From a plasmid: 64,000 nt of DNA. The translations under genes and the position numbers were made by a program. Of this stretch, positions 18,920 through 30,118 are shown in pieces; the first letter of the stretch is position 1, and each line of letters starts with the position of its first letter. The stretch is from sequence record NZ_CP090008.1; one strand, written 5' to 3'. Below the pieces are notes generated by a model. That model saw only the letters and a program-made list of their open reading frames with translations, made no database searches and was not told the DNA's origin.

Positions 18920-20251
18920 ATGAAAGCACTTAAACTTATAAGAGAGGACGGTTATGAGAACGTCCATTATGCTAGTTTAGGGGAGCAAAAATTTAAAACA
19001 TTGGTTGTTGCTGATAGAAAAGATGAACAAGAACAATGGTTTGAGCAACCAGAAATTGAATGTGTCCCAGAGGAAGTCTCAGATATCATTCGAAACTACA
19101 CACTCCCATATATTGATCTTGGAAATACTGAAGATGAGTATTTGTTAGAACAAGCAACTAATAAGGTTGTATCAGTTGTGGTAGAGAATGTACTTGAAAC
19201 ACAGCCATTTATTCCGAGAAATAGAAATGGTCGCCCTATCGGTGAAGGTGTCGCTTTCTGCGATATGTTAGTAGGGCGTGTTCAGAATGGAGAACTTGCT
19301 GGAACAACAGTTTATATTAAGCAAACAGAATCTGGCTTCCGCCAACCAAAAGACTTCTTTAAAATGGTTGGGCGTATTTTCCCTTGCAAATTAACTGAAA
19401 TTCATATCCAAACTATCGACAATTATAAACTAACGATTAATAACCCATCAAACTATGTTGTTGAAGGTAGTATTGAGTTAGCTGAGTGGTTAACTAATTA
19501 CCAGCTTCTTCAGCAAATTGAAAAGAGTAAAGATAACTCTTCTCGTAATCGAGATAGAAAAAACATCTTGGAACGTACTCATGAAGGTATTGTATCTGCC
19601 GTGATTAACAATGGTAGCAATGCAGGTATCATGGTAATGACCAAAAAATTACAAACGGTATTTATTCCAAAACATAGGGTAAGTTATGAGTGTGATTCTT
19701 CATTTGTTAACCTAGACGAAGTAGTATCAGTCTTTGATAGGGTGGAATTTAAAATTACTGGGGCCAATACCCAAAAACCAAGTCCAAATCAAAGAGAACG
19801 TCACATTATTCATGACTATATTCGTATCGAGGGAGATATGAAAGTTCTCGAAGAAGCACCTCAAGATGCTTTGATTGAGATGATTGATAATAAGAAAGTC
19901 ATAGGACGATTGTTTAAAGTGCGATTTATCAGTTTTGATCCACAGAGTCTACATACAGTAGAGTTGGTTGACTTTCCAGGTATCAAAATAAAAATGAAGG
20001 ACTCAGGTTCTTTAAATCGAGTTCCTTTTAAGCAAGGAGATGAAATTTCAGTTGTTATTCAAGATGCTCATTATCGCTGGGTAGACGCAAATAGCAGGGG
20101 GCGTCGAGTGGCTAAAAAAACTGAAGAAGTGAGCAGTAATTCACAGAATACGGAAGAGAAAAAATGTCTGTTTCGTATCAAATCACGTTTCAATAGTTTC
20201 TATCCAAATCGTGTGAACAGTAAAATCTTATCAACATTTTTTACTAGTTGA
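18920..20251 (+). CDS. Hypothetical protein (444 aa), possibly with two OB/S1-like segments.
   Basis: The RBS AAAGGAGA precedes ATG at 18920. I have no firm motif assignment. Confidence 0.4.
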   Translation: MKALKLIREDGYENVHYASLGEQKFKTLVVADRKDEQEQWFEQPEIECVPEEVSDIIRNYTLPYIDLGNTEDEYLLEQATNKVVSVVVENVLETQPFIPRNRNGRPIGEGVAFCDMLVGRVQNGELAGTTVYIKQTESGFRQPKDFFKMVGRIFPCKLTEIHIQTIDNYKLTINNPSNYVVEGSIELAEWLTNYQLLQQIEKSKDNSSRNRDRKNILERTHEGIVSAVINNGSNAGIMVMTKKLQTVFIPKHRVSYECDSSFVNLDEVVSVFDRVEFKITGANTQKPSPNQRERHIIHDYIRIEGDMKVLEEAPQDALIEMIDNKKVIGRLFKVRFISFDPQSLHTVELVDFPGIKIKMKDSGSLNRVPFKQGDEISVVIQDAHYRWVDANSRGRRVAKKTEEVSSNSQNTEEKKCLFRIKSRFNSFYPNRVNSKILSTFFTS

Positions 20252-20325
20252 GTCGCATATAGTTCCCTCTGAAATGGGAACTTTTTGTTTACGTTCGGAA
20301 CAGAAAAATTTAACAAGGAGGGATC

Positions 20326-20814
20326 ATGAATCATCACAATATCAATGCTATTGTCTATTATCTGATAGTCTTTATTCGCTATGTCTTACCTATTACCTTG
20401 GTCTTCATCGGTATCGGTAGGTGGAGTTATGCTAAATCTATCAATAATCCAGAGAAACAAATTATGGGAGTAAATTTTGCTTTAAAATCAATTTTATTCT
20501 TATATATCGTTACATTTATCCCTATTTTCATCATCTATGGACTCGCAATGATATCAAAGGGAGGCACACATAGTGGTGACTTCTCTATGATTAGTTTCGT
20601 AGAGGTCTTTACCCTAATAGAAATTCTAGCAGTTGGAATATTACCTGCATATGGTTTCATACAGGGATACATATATCACTATCAATGGTTGATTACAGAA
20701 GGTAAGAAAACAACAAGCTTACCTCGACGAAATCTATTCATTAGACTTGGAATAATAAGTCCGATTGCTATTGTTGTATTTATGGAATTCTTGAAAAGAA
20801 TGTTTGCTTACTAG
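20326..20814 (+). CDS. Polytopic membrane protein.
   Basis: Four or five hydrophobic helices. It lies just upstream of the coupling protein gene. Confidence 0.45.
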   Translation: MNHHNINAIVYYLIVFIRYVLPITLVFIGIGRWSYAKSINNPEKQIMGVNFALKSILFLYIVTFIPIFIIYGLAMISKGGTHSGDFSMISFVEVFTLIEILAVGILPAYGFIQGYIYHYQWLITEGKKTTSLPRRNLFIRLGIISPIAIVVFMEFLKRMFAY

Positions 20815-20825
20815 AGAGGTGCTTT

Positions 20826-23800
20826 ATGCGGAAGATCTTGAAATTATTTTTTAATCGTTATTATACAAATGGTAAGCGAACTATAGATATCTTATTGTAT
20901 TGTTGGCGAAAATATATTGATTGGGTATATCATATATCTTTTGGATTATTTGCTTTCAATATTATTATGTTTATCTTTAGATGGCGTTTACCTAATTGGG
21001 TATTTATATCTTTATTTATATTTTTGTTCGTTAATATGGCTTTAGTTTTATACATTGGTGTATGGCACAGTAATGTTACAAGTCGTCAAATTTTCGTGTT
21101 ATTTAAAAAATATGATACCTTAAAACGAGCAGAACGAAAGAAGATTATTGGTAAGTATGCTATAAGAGCAGCACTAGCAGCAGTACTTATATCTTCTGGA
21201 TTATATGTATTAACAATCAATAACTTTATCTTATCCCTCATCAATCGTATGTATGATGTAGCAGATAATTATCTCAAATATATGCCCTGGTCAATACCAA
21301 ATGGAAGTCAGACAGGTATTGTATTAAGTTATCATACCCTCAAACCTTTAATAGGAGCTGACTGGTTTAACAGTTTATTATTGTTGACTCCGATTGGAGC
21401 AATTGGTCTTATTTTTTATAATAGTTATGCGACTGGGATTGCTGAAAAAACCTATGAGAAACTTGTTGAGCAATGGTTAGGAGGACGTTACTTCCAAGAC
21501 AGTGTATTAAGTAATATTGTTCATAATCAAGATGAAAAAGGTCAAGCGAATTTGGTTATGGGACTTAACTCTAAAACTGGAGAGCAAGTGATTTTACATG
21601 CTAATGAGAGGACTTATCACACTATTATCTTTGGTTTGATTGGTACTGGTAAATCGGCAACGATTCTGATTCCAGCAATGCTACAGGATATGGAAAATAT
21701 GAAATACTATCTATTATCCTATCGTAAGTATTTGATGAAAGTAGATGAAGAACTGGAACAAGAATTCTTTAGCACAGAGTTTGAACGTAAGAAAAAAAGA
21801 CGTGAATTGTTGGAGCAGTGGTATAACAATGGTTATGCTGCAGAGCTTACAAATGGTATTTATATGACTGAACCATCAGGTTCGATGTATGGCACAATTG
21901 TTAAGTATGCTCATAAAATGGGCTTTCCTGATGAAATGATTTGGACTCTAGATCCTACTAACCCAGGAACTGGTGCAATTAATATTTTGGATGGAGATAC
22001 TACTCAGGTAAAAGGGGCTGTTCGAGACTTATTTAAACGATTTAGTGATCCAAGTGGGACTGGTTCTTCTTTCTTCCTTAACCAAGAAGGGCAACTTACT
22101 GATAATATCATTACGGTCATTAAAGAGGTAGCGTTGATACCAGATGCTCCAATAAACTACATGTTAAAAGGTAAGTCTCCAACACTAACTGAATTCTCAA
22201 ATATGTTACGTTCTAGTGATTGGATTGAAGCCTATATTGTTGTTTTTGAACAATTACTCAATCGAAAGAAAAGGCTTTTTGAAGAAACGCTGAAAAAGCA
22301 TGAAGAGTTCTTAGAGCAGGAAAAAGAAAAGTGGTTAGAGGAATCAGAGTACAATCGTGAACACGAACAACTCTTTGATACTATCCTTAGACCAGAGAAT
22401 GTTCATGAAGCTATAAACGCATTTAATGATGAAAGAAATAAACTTGAAAACCTCCAAAGCTCTTATGATTATTTCATCAATGCTCATCAATTAAATTCGT
22501 ACACAGAGGAATATTATTATACCTTTGACGCTAACGTTTCTGGTCTAAAAGCAGTTATTGATGACCTATCATCTTCACCAGAAATTCGCCGTGTATTTTT
22601 CTCTCAAAGTACCAAAGATTTAGATATTGTTTTAAAAACGGGTGGAATGATTTTGGTCAATTCTGCTAAAGGTGTTCTTGGTAAAGAAAAGTCTCGAATG
22701 GTAGCACAGATGGTAACATTAGTAATGCAAAATGCTGCTCAAAGACGTCTTCCAGATAAGTCTCCTTTCTTTGCCTTTTATGAAGATGAAAAGAATGGTT
22801 ATTTGATGCCAGGTAATGATAGTAACTTCCTAGATGAGTCTCGTAAGTTCCATGTTCCAGTTATGCATGCTTATCAACATGACGAACAAATTAGAGATTC
22901 TATTGGCGAATCTGGGGCTGATGCAATCAAGATGTCTTATCGTAATGCCTTTACCTTCCAACAAACCTCAACAAAGGTTGTAGAGTTCATTAATCTACGT
23001 TCAGGAGGAAAACATTATGCTCTTAAAGAAACCAAACGTGCAGCAAACGATGATCTCTTAGCAGGAAATCAGGGGAACTCAAGTGCGACTTCAGAGGAAG
23101 TAGTAGAAGAAGATAACTTCACTGCTAGAGATGCAAATAACCTAGAGAAATTCCAAGTTGGTGGTGTTATCGTCAGTGATGATGAAGTATCAAATATGAT
23201 TTATTTGACAACATCTCCGCATTTTGAAATGGATATTTCAAAGGACTCTTTTGTCTCACATACACCTTTCAATAAGGTTTATGGGCTTGGAGAGGAAGAA
23301 CCGGAAATTGCAAAAGCATACAAGTTGTGGAGAGCAGAAGTGGTAGAATATTATGCTCAAAAAGAGTCTGAAAGCCACCTCTATGAAAGTGATTTTACTG
23401 AAGAAGAATGGCAAGCAATCATGGATGTTAGGGTGCCAAATGTTGATAGTAATGTAAATGATACAGTTGGTAAAAAAGATGATTCCCCATCAGTTAAAAG
23501 AACAATATTAGTCAACGAGAGTATAACAGAACATAGAGAAAGTACTTCAATTAGTGAAGTGGTAACAGAGGATATTGAGCAAAAAGAGGAGGTCAATAAC
23601 TCAGAAATTCCTCCATTTGTTGAAGAAAAACAAACTGTAAATAGCAAAAATGATATTGGTGAGTTAAAGGATAAAGAAATAACTCAAAGAGTGATCCTAG
23701 CTCCATCATCTACACCCGAAACAGTTGATACTCAAAATATTCAAGCACCTAATCAAGAGTTTGAATTACCTCAAGAACTCTCTCGTGTAGCTCGTGAGAA

Positions 23801-23864
23801 AGCAACTAGAACTTTAGAAAGTAATGTAGAACAAATGGATATTGATGAAGAAGAAGGGTTTTAG
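20826..23864 (+). CDS. Type IV secretion coupling protein (VirD4/TraG/TraD-like ATPase) with long acidic C-terminal tail.
   Basis: It has N-terminal TM helices, a Walker A GLIGTGKSAT and a C-terminal Glu/Ser-rich extension. Confidence 0.55.
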   Translation: MRKILKLFFNRYYTNGKRTIDILLYCWRKYIDWVYHISFGLFAFNIIMFIFRWRLPNWVFISLFIFLFVNMALVLYIGVWHSNVTSRQIFVLFKKYDTLKRAERKKIIGKYAIRAALAAVLISSGLYVLTINNFILSLINRMYDVADNYLKYMPWSIPNGSQTGIVLSYHTLKPLIGADWFNSLLLLTPIGAIGLIFYNSYATGIAEKTYEKLVEQWLGGRYFQDSVLSNIVHNQDEKGQANLVMGLNSKTGEQVILHANERTYHTIIFGLIGTGKSATILIPAMLQDMENMKYYLLSYRKYLMKVDEELEQEFFSTEFERKKKRRELLEQWYNNGYAAELTNGIYMTEPSGSMYGTIVKYAHKMGFPDEMIWTLDPTNPGTGAINILDGDTTQVKGAVRDLFKRFSDPSGTGSSFFLNQEGQLTDNIITVIKEVALIPDAPINYMLKGKSPTLTEFSNMLRSSDWIEAYIVVFEQLLNRKKRLFEETLKKHEEFLEQEKEKWLEESEYNREHEQLFDTILRPENVHEAINAFNDERNKLENLQSSYDYFINAHQLNSYTEEYYYTFDANVSGLKAVIDDLSSSPEIRRVFFSQSTKDLDIVLKTGGMILVNSAKGVLGKEKSRMVAQMVTLVMQNAAQRRLPDKSPFFAFYEDEKNGYLMPGNDSNFLDESRKFHVPVMHAYQHDEQIRDSIGESGADAIKMSYRNAFTFQQTSTKVVEFINLRSGGKHYALKETKRAANDDLLAGNQGNSSATSEEVVEEDNFTARDANNLEKFQVGGVIVSDDEVSNMIYLTTSPHFEMDISKDSFVSHTPFNKVYGLGEEEPEIAKAYKLWRAEVVEYYAQKESESHLYESDFTEEEWQAIMDVRVPNVDSNVNDTVGKKDDSPSVKRTILVNESITEHRESTSISEVVTEDIEQKEEVNNSEIPPFVEEKQTVNSKNDIGELKDKEITQRVILAPSSTPETVDTQNIQAPNQEFELPQELSRVAREKATRTLESNVEQMDIDEEEGF

Positions 23865-23871
23865 ACAACAT

Positions 23872-23900
23872 AATAAGCAACGGAAATTTCCGTTGCTTTT
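23872..23900. terminator. Bidirectional terminator hairpin (agcaacggaaatttccgttgct).
   Basis: Perfect palindrome between the convergent genes 20826..23864(+) and 23904..24212(-). Confidence 0.6.
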
Positions 23901-23903
23901 GTT

Positions 23904-24212
23904 CTAATTTTGAGAGTCATTATACGTTTCTTTATTAGTCTTCTCAGCATCCTTTCTTGCTTTTTCTTCTGCTCTTTTTCTCTTAATTTCCTCTTTTTCT
24001 TCTTTGACCTTATTTTGTGTTTCAACAACTAAATCATCAATAGATAAATCTGGATTTTCTAGTTTTTTCAATTCAAAATAGATTTGCCCTAGTTTATCAG
24101 TTTGTGATTTTTGATAAGCTTTAAGTTGCTCTGTAGCTTCTTTCTTTTGTTGTTCTAAGGCTTCAAGTTCCTTGATAAAATCTGATTCAGTTTTTTTGTT
24201 TTTTCCTGCCAT
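23904..24212 (-). CDS. Coiled-coil, K/E-rich hypothetical protein.
   Basis: 102-aa ORF with a good RBS (GGAGCAAATTATG on the reverse complement). Confidence 0.4.
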   Translation of the reverse strand: MAGKNKKTESDFIKELEALEQQKKEATEQLKAYQKSQTDKLGQIYFELKKLENPDLSIDDLVVETQNKVKEEKEEIKRKRAEEKARKDAEKTNKETYNDSQN

Positions 24213-24752
24213 AATTTGCTCCTTAATTATTAATTATGTCTAATAGTATAGAGCAAGAATATTAAAAGTCAACCCATGTCACTCCCTTGAAAATAACCTA
24301 TTCTAGGGTATACTGAACACTATAGCGACCTATTATAAATGAATCCTAAATGTAGTTATTAAGTGCTTAAAACCCCATAAAACCGGTTGTTACGAGTATT
24401 ATGTAATAACCAGATTTTATAAATGAAAGTACAGAGAGAACAAAAGTCTAAGAGTTTACTGTATTTATAGGGTTGATGACTAATATTAGAAACTCGTAAA
24501 TCATAAATGAGTAAATAGTGGCTACTATATAGCTAGAATAAACCATGTTTTTTAGGGATTATCGTTATAAAAATAAACTACGACGTTATGAATGAGAGGA
24601 GATGAAAGTATCAATCAACATTTTACGGGTACAAAGGAATGTTTGAGCAGGTCTATATCAAAGGCTAAGCATAACTTTAAAAATAATAGCTATACTCTTC
24701 GAAAAAAGACCAGACTATATACCCTATTGATTGACTATTTTAGGACTACAAA

Positions 24753-26021
24753 ATGCAAGATATAAAATATAGAGATTTTACCTCACTTATTTCAAATAAA
24801 AAAAATAAAATTCATTACACTCAGAGAGATAAAATAGCTTCTTATTTTGTTTCAAAAAAGCAAAATACCTCACTGTCGTTTTCAGAAGAGGAGCTTATCA
24901 TCTTTTATCATTTACTAAGGTTTAGTTATTTTGATAAGGAAATAGTAGACCTCATTTATACTGCAGTAACTCGAAAATCCAAAACCCCTAATTCATGGTT
25001 TTATCGTCTTGTTGGAAAGGTGAATCATCCTATTTCAGCATGTTCGGATGCTAGAAGCGGTAAGAGAAAGATATATTATCTGAACAAAGGTTTTAGTACC
25101 TGGTTGCTTACTATGATTAAGGGGATTGATAAAATACGGTTGCTAACGACAACGACAGAATATGATAGGTCAGTATATAGCATTGTCAGTAATAATCTTC
25201 TAGGAGGGAAACCTCAAACCGTAAATATTCATGATCTAGAGACCAGACGATTAGTTGCTAAAATCTTAAACAAGCTTTTCTTTAAAAACCAAGACAAGTC
25301 TGTATATGACCTAAACATACAAGTCGTATTTCCTATTAGTCGGGTTAATCTTTTATTGGTTCCTGATGCTGTTGTATTTGTGAACGATAACCCTTTTTTT
25401 ATTGAGTATGACCGAGCAACAGAACGTCAAACAATTCTACTTTCTAAAATATTTGGTTATGCAGAAGAACCAGCATTCGAAAATTCTAGTTTATTTTTCG
25501 TTTTCGAGAATAGTCGTAAAGATAATACGCAAGTATCTAAACGTTTAATGAACTTTTTGGAATATGTAAATGAGGTTGAGGTTGAAGGTGTGACTGGACA
25601 TGACATGTTAAAGCGTAAAAATATTTCTTTATTCAGTCAAACAACAACAAATGCTTCTGACGTTATTGTCGAAATCATTCAAGAAAAGATGTTTTCAAAT
25701 CATAAAGATTGGTGTGATTGCGAGGCTTATGATTTTTCTGAACTGCAGAAAATAGATTATCTTGTAAAGGAGATATCAGAACCTTTAGATGATGATAAAT
25801 TCCAGTTATCAGCTGTTGTTGAAACAGACTCTTGGGAATTGAAAGAGTACCCTATGGTACCTATGGCATATATCAAAAATGACTTGATTTCACACTTAAC
25901 TAGTCTCTATGAAGAATTCTCAATAGAGTATGAACATATGATCATTGTATTCCCAAAAGAAGTTCTACCAGAAAAAATAAAACTCCCTTTTGATGATTAT
26001 TTCTTGATTGTTTATAGATAG
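24753..26021 (+). CDS. Hypothetical protein (422 aa), possible PD-(D/E)xK-like or replication-relaxation-like core.
   Basis: Segment LLLVPDAVVFVNDNPFFIEYDRATE. I make no firm family assignment. Confidence 0.35.
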   Translation: MQDIKYRDFTSLISNKKNKIHYTQRDKIASYFVSKKQNTSLSFSEEELIIFYHLLRFSYFDKEIVDLIYTAVTRKSKTPNSWFYRLVGKVNHPISACSDARSGKRKIYYLNKGFSTWLLTMIKGIDKIRLLTTTTEYDRSVYSIVSNNLLGGKPQTVNIHDLETRRLVAKILNKLFFKNQDKSVYDLNIQVVFPISRVNLLLVPDAVVFVNDNPFFIEYDRATERQTILLSKIFGYAEEPAFENSSLFFVFENSRKDNTQVSKRLMNFLEYVNEVEVEGVTGHDMLKRKNISLFSQTTTNASDVIVEIIQEKMFSNHKDWCDCEAYDFSELQKIDYLVKEISEPLDDDKFQLSAVVETDSWELKEYPMVPMAYIKNDLISHLTSLYEEFSIEYEHMIIVFPKEVLPEKIKLPFDDYFLIVYR

Positions 26022-26038
26022 AGTAAAGGTATTTGTAA

Positions 26039-26401
26039 ATGGATTATTTGGAATACTTAGGAAGAAGACTTGTATGGTTAGTTGTTTCGCTTGTAGTTGT
26101 AATCGTAGTAAAAAGACCAAGAATTTTGAAAAGGCTAGCCATAGTTAGTGATGTAGCTATTGGAAAAATCAACTACTTTGTTTTTCCAGCAATTGCTTGT
26201 TTGGTTCTTGTCACTTATTTTATTTTGTACTTGTTTATGGTAGTTACTTTTTTCCTATCATGGCGTTCTCTATCACTGAATAACGTGATGGAAATTATTT
26301 TACAAACGGTATTAATCAGCCCAACACTCTATACTTTATTTGTCCCACATAACGAGGTTATCATGAGAGTTGATGAATTCATATCAGCGAAAGAAGAATA
26401 A
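26039..26401 (+). CDS. Small membrane protein.
   Basis: Three predicted TM helices. Confidence 0.35.
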   Translation: MDYLEYLGRRLVWLVVSLVVVIVVKRPRILKRLAIVSDVAIGKINYFVFPAIACLVLVTYFILYLFMVVTFFLSWRSLSLNNVMEIILQTVLISPTLYTLFVPHNEVIMRVDEFISAKEE

Positions 26402-26541
26402 ATAACGCGCAGCAACTGTAACACATAATCATTCTCTCAACTATTTAAAAGTATGTAAGAAAGTCACATGATAGTTTGAATTTGTTGTAAGTATCTGGTG
26501 GTGTTTTAAAGATAAAAAAGATTGAAAGGTAACGGTAATTA

Positions 26542-27339
26542 ATGACAATAAAAATTGAATCTGCTTGGGAAACCCTTTGTGATGCTTTCCCCAAGCTAAA
26601 GGATAATCCTCTTTACAAGGGTTGGTATATTAGCTATGCGATCCTTGTGACGTTTTCTATTTTGACGGTAGTTGTAGTGAACCATAGGGTTGTCTATGCT
26701 TTTCCGTTTGATTGGCTTGGTTTGCTTTTTGGAATTATCTTACCTTGGGTTTTTACAACCTTTTATATCGTATATCAAGGTGTGGACCATGCTCACCAGT
26801 TTACATCGACTAAAGTTGTTCTTGGGTTATTTATGTTACCAGTAATTCTGATTGGTTTTACTTCTAATTTTAAGAATGAATATAGTTATAGCAATCGTAT
26901 GGTTACTTCAGTTTTTGACCAAGAACTCACTCAACAAAGTTTCCACGCAACGAGGATTACATCAAACCAACTTGATTACTTTAAGAAAGATAATGTCATT
27001 TTTCCTTATAAGAAGAATACGGCTTCAGAGATATATGTGTTCTTTAGACCTGATTGCCCTTACTGTCAAAAATCAATTCCAGTACTCAACAAGAGCTTAA
27101 CTGAAAAAGAACGAAACAAGATTATCTATGTTAATGTTCTTGACGAAAGTGGCAAGAATTTAGCTAAAGCTATGGGGGTAGAGAAAGCAGCAACAGCAGT
27201 TATCTATCATAAGGATAAGACTTCTGGTGGATGGTCCAAACTAATTGAACGAATGGCAGGTGGGAAGCATGCTGCACCTCGTCTTGATGAGGATGCTATT
27301 CGTGATATCGTATCAGTCGCAAAGGAGGAAACAAAATAA
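26542..27339 (+). CDS. Membrane-anchored thioredoxin-fold thiol-disulfide oxidoreductase.
   Basis: N-terminal TM helices. CxxC active site FFRPDCPYCQKS. Confidence 0.6.
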   Translation: MTIKIESAWETLCDAFPKLKDNPLYKGWYISYAILVTFSILTVVVVNHRVVYAFPFDWLGLLFGIILPWVFTTFYIVYQGVDHAHQFTSTKVVLGLFMLPVILIGFTSNFKNEYSYSNRMVTSVFDQELTQQSFHATRITSNQLDYFKKDNVIFPYKKNTASEIYVFFRPDCPYCQKSIPVLNKSLTEKERNKIIYVNVLDESGKNLAKAMGVEKAATAVIYHKDKTSGGWSKLIERMAGGKHAAPRLDEDAIRDIVSVAKEETK

Positions 27340-27578
27340 TGTATTTATCAAAAACTCTAAGCAGGCTTAGCCTGCTAACTCATGACAGAAAAGAAAGTTC
27401 GGCTTATAATGAAGGTGAACAATACCAATCCGTTGTCTTTAATAGGGCTTTGCCTAGCCTGTATCAAAAACTGGATGAACAAGAGTCATGAGATAACTCG
27501 AATATGCCTTGAGCATGAAAATAAAATTACTAATAGCCTCTTGTTCTATTGTTCAATAGTTAACAGGAGGTTTTTGTA

Positions 27579-28746
27579 ATGGAAGTTATGATTGAAACTT
27601 GTTGTGGAATTGATGTCCACCAAAAGTCTATCGTTTGTTGTATTCTAGATGGTCCACTAGAAAGCAATAAACCTAAAAAGATTCAGAAAAAATTTGGTAC
27701 AACAACTATAGCTCTCCAAAACGCCTTAGATTGGTTATTGGAAAATCACGTCACACATGTCTTTTTTGAAAGCACTGGCCAATATTGGGTACCACTCTTT
27801 AATATATTCTCAGACTCAGAACTCAATTTGATATTAGCTAACCCCCAACATATTAAGAATGTGCCTGGTCGAAAAACAGACATGAAAGATGCCGAATGGA
27901 TTGCACAGCTCGGACGTTGTGGACTTATTGAGCCATCTTACATTCCAAGCCCTGAAGTGATGCAGTTACGTTTACTCACTCGTAGGTTACGTTCTTACAA
28001 ACAACGTCAAACTCAAATAAAGAATGAGATTCATAACCTCTTACAACGTGCTAATATCAAACTAACCAGCTATCTTTCTGATATCTTCTCTAAGACAGGA
28101 CAGTCTCTTTTAACGCTCTTTATCAATGGGGAACTCATTGATTATGACAATGTGACAGCTTGTATTCACAAGCATGTCAAAGCAAGTCCCGAAGAATTAA
28201 TGGAGGCCATGAATGGGAAGTTGTCACTGGAGGATCGATTTCTCTTGGAGCAAAGCCTAGAAGAATATCAATTGTATCAAAAACTCATGAATAAATTAAG
28301 GAGTGAAATAATAGCTTATATCGAAAAGGAGTTTCCCTGAAGAAAATAGATTACTTCAAATGATTCCTGGTGTGAGTGAAACTTGTGCAGCCACAATTTT
28401 AGCTGAGATTGGACCAGATGTGAAGGCTTTTCAATCAGACGCACACTTAGCTTCTTGGGCTGGGCTCTGCCCAGGATCTTATGAAAGTGCTGGCATTAAA
28501 AAATCCTCACATATCACGCAAGGAAATCGATATATCAAGCAGGCTTTGACCATGTCGGGATTGATTGCGGCTCACTCTAAAGACAATGCGTTTTCATCTT
28601 TTTATAGCAAAATTTCCCAAAGAGGAAGTAAGATGAAAGCCGTCATTGCTTGCGCACATAAGCTACTTCGTATCATTTACAAAATTCTCGCAACACACCA
28701 AGAATACGACAAAGAAAAAGTGCTAGGACTGAGGCAACAGTTCTAA
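27579..28746 (+). pseudogene. IS110-family transposase split by a frameshift into DEDD N-terminal and Transposase_20 C-terminal ORFs.
   Basis: ORF 27579..28340 (DEDD-type N-terminus CCGIDVHQKS) and ORF 28360..28746 (IPGVSETCAATILAEIGPD...SWAGLCPGSYESAG) join if the frame shifts by 1 nt near 28330-28338. Confidence 0.6.
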
Positions 28747-28810
28747 CACCAAAAATTTAAAAAATCTCAATTACAGTATAGCACAAGAAGAGTTTTTTGC
28801 GCTATTTTTA

Positions 28811-29446
28811 ATGTTTTTTTCAAATAAAAAAGACATTTCAGAATGGATTGCCAACCTAAATGCAGGTGACGAGGTTGCTATTCAGAGAACACGTATGGAT
28901 GGCATTGTAGTTTCTAGTGAGCGTTGTATTGTTGACAAGTGGTTAGGAAAGAGACTTATAGTTGTAGACGGAAAGCATTTTGTCCCTAGCACTGGTTTGA
29001 GACAAAGTAACTCTCTCGTATCAGGTCAAAAGACAATCGTGGAACAACTTTTCCCCTTAGATGCTTTACTTTTATATGAGGAAGAACTTGCCAAAAGAGA
29101 CACCATTATTCAAAATTTGAAAGAGTCTGCAGAACTTCTAGAGCACGCGCAGAATTATTCTTCTTTAGTTGTTTCTAGAGTGCTTCGTAAGTTGTCTGTA
29201 CTGGACGTTGGGGATGTTTATGATCTAAATGAACTACGTTCCTCTAGTAACACAGAAGACTTAGAAGATAGTGCTTTATTGGATAGACGGAAACTCTCAG
29301 AGAAGAAACGTTGTCTAAAGACCCTTGACCGTATGCTTACGAACTTGAGTCAAGATAATACCTTGGGTGCTTTTAAGTTAATCTCTCTTTTAGGAGAAGT
29401 AGCTTCTGAATTTACTGATTCTGAAAATGAGGTAAGTCAATGTTAG
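28811..29446 (+). CDS. Hypothetical protein.
   Basis: 211-aa ORF. It overlaps the next gene by 7 nt. Confidence 0.35.
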   Translation: MFFSNKKDISEWIANLNAGDEVAIQRTRMDGIVVSSERCIVDKWLGKRLIVVDGKHFVPSTGLRQSNSLVSGQKTIVEQLFPLDALLLYEEELAKRDTIIQNLKESAELLEHAQNYSSLVVSRVLRKLSVLDVGDVYDLNELRSSSNTEDLEDSALLDRRKLSEKKRCLKTLDRMLTNLSQDNTLGAFKLISLLGEVASEFTDSENEVSQC

Positions 29447-30108
29447 CCTATATCATTTTGTTTGTAGTTATGTTTGCTATCAAGTGTGTCACTCTTACTT
29501 TTGTAAAGAATAAAGAGTCTACAGTAGTCAGTACTTTTTTGAGTGGCACGAATCTGATTTTCCTTAATACTATTGTCTGGTTCCTACGATTAACAGCCAT
29601 GACCCAATTTTATCTTTTAGTTGTGGACAATAATCTAACTGTTATCCCTATAATTGTTGGTTTTATTCTTCCCAATATCTTGTTCTGGTTTAAGAGTATT
29701 AAAGCTTCCTTATCGGATTTGCTTGTACGTTGGTTAAAATCAGTCATTGGTCATAAGTATAGAACATGCCCATTTTGTCATGAATCACATTTATTCTTTC
29801 GATACACCGAGGACCGCACGGCTGCTTATTACTATCTCTTGACAGAGGATGATAGTCTTGTGGCCATTGGAGATTTTGATAATAGTGATCACCCTGCACG
29901 ATTCTTTTTAAGTAACGACGAATCGCATTTTGATGAACTGGCTGATACTATGCTACCTTATATGTTGCCTGGCATGGAAGAGGCGGTCTATGTAGGTGGG
30001 CGACAACAGCGATTGGCTAGAGCATTGTATTGTGTCGATTGCCAGGAACGAGTCAGTGAAGATAGTGGGGTACAATTTGGCGAAGTGTTATTGAACAAGG
30101 TAAGCTAG
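29440..30108 (+). CDS. Membrane protein with C-terminal Cys4 zinc-ribbon-like motif.
   Basis: N-terminal TM helices. CPFCHESH...CVDCQERV. Confidence 0.35.
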   Translation: MLAYIILFVVMFAIKCVTLTFVKNKESTVVSTFLSGTNLIFLNTIVWFLRLTAMTQFYLLVVDNNLTVIPIIVGFILPNILFWFKSIKASLSDLLVRWLKSVIGHKYRTCPFCHESHLFFRYTEDRTAAYYYLLTEDDSLVAIGDFDNSDHPARFFLSNDESHFDELADTMLPYMLPGMEEAVYVGGRQQRLARALYCVDCQERVSEDSGVQFGEVLLNKVS

Positions 30109-30118
30109 TTATTTCAAG

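Noticed and set aside
24753-26021. Calling the 422-aa protein a relaxase.
   Set aside because: It has no HUH (HxH...Y) or Rep_trans motif. It is left as hypothetical.
27382-27579. 65-aa ORF upstream of the IS110 transposase.
   Set aside because: It has no RBS. It is likely IS110 5-prime non-coding sequence.
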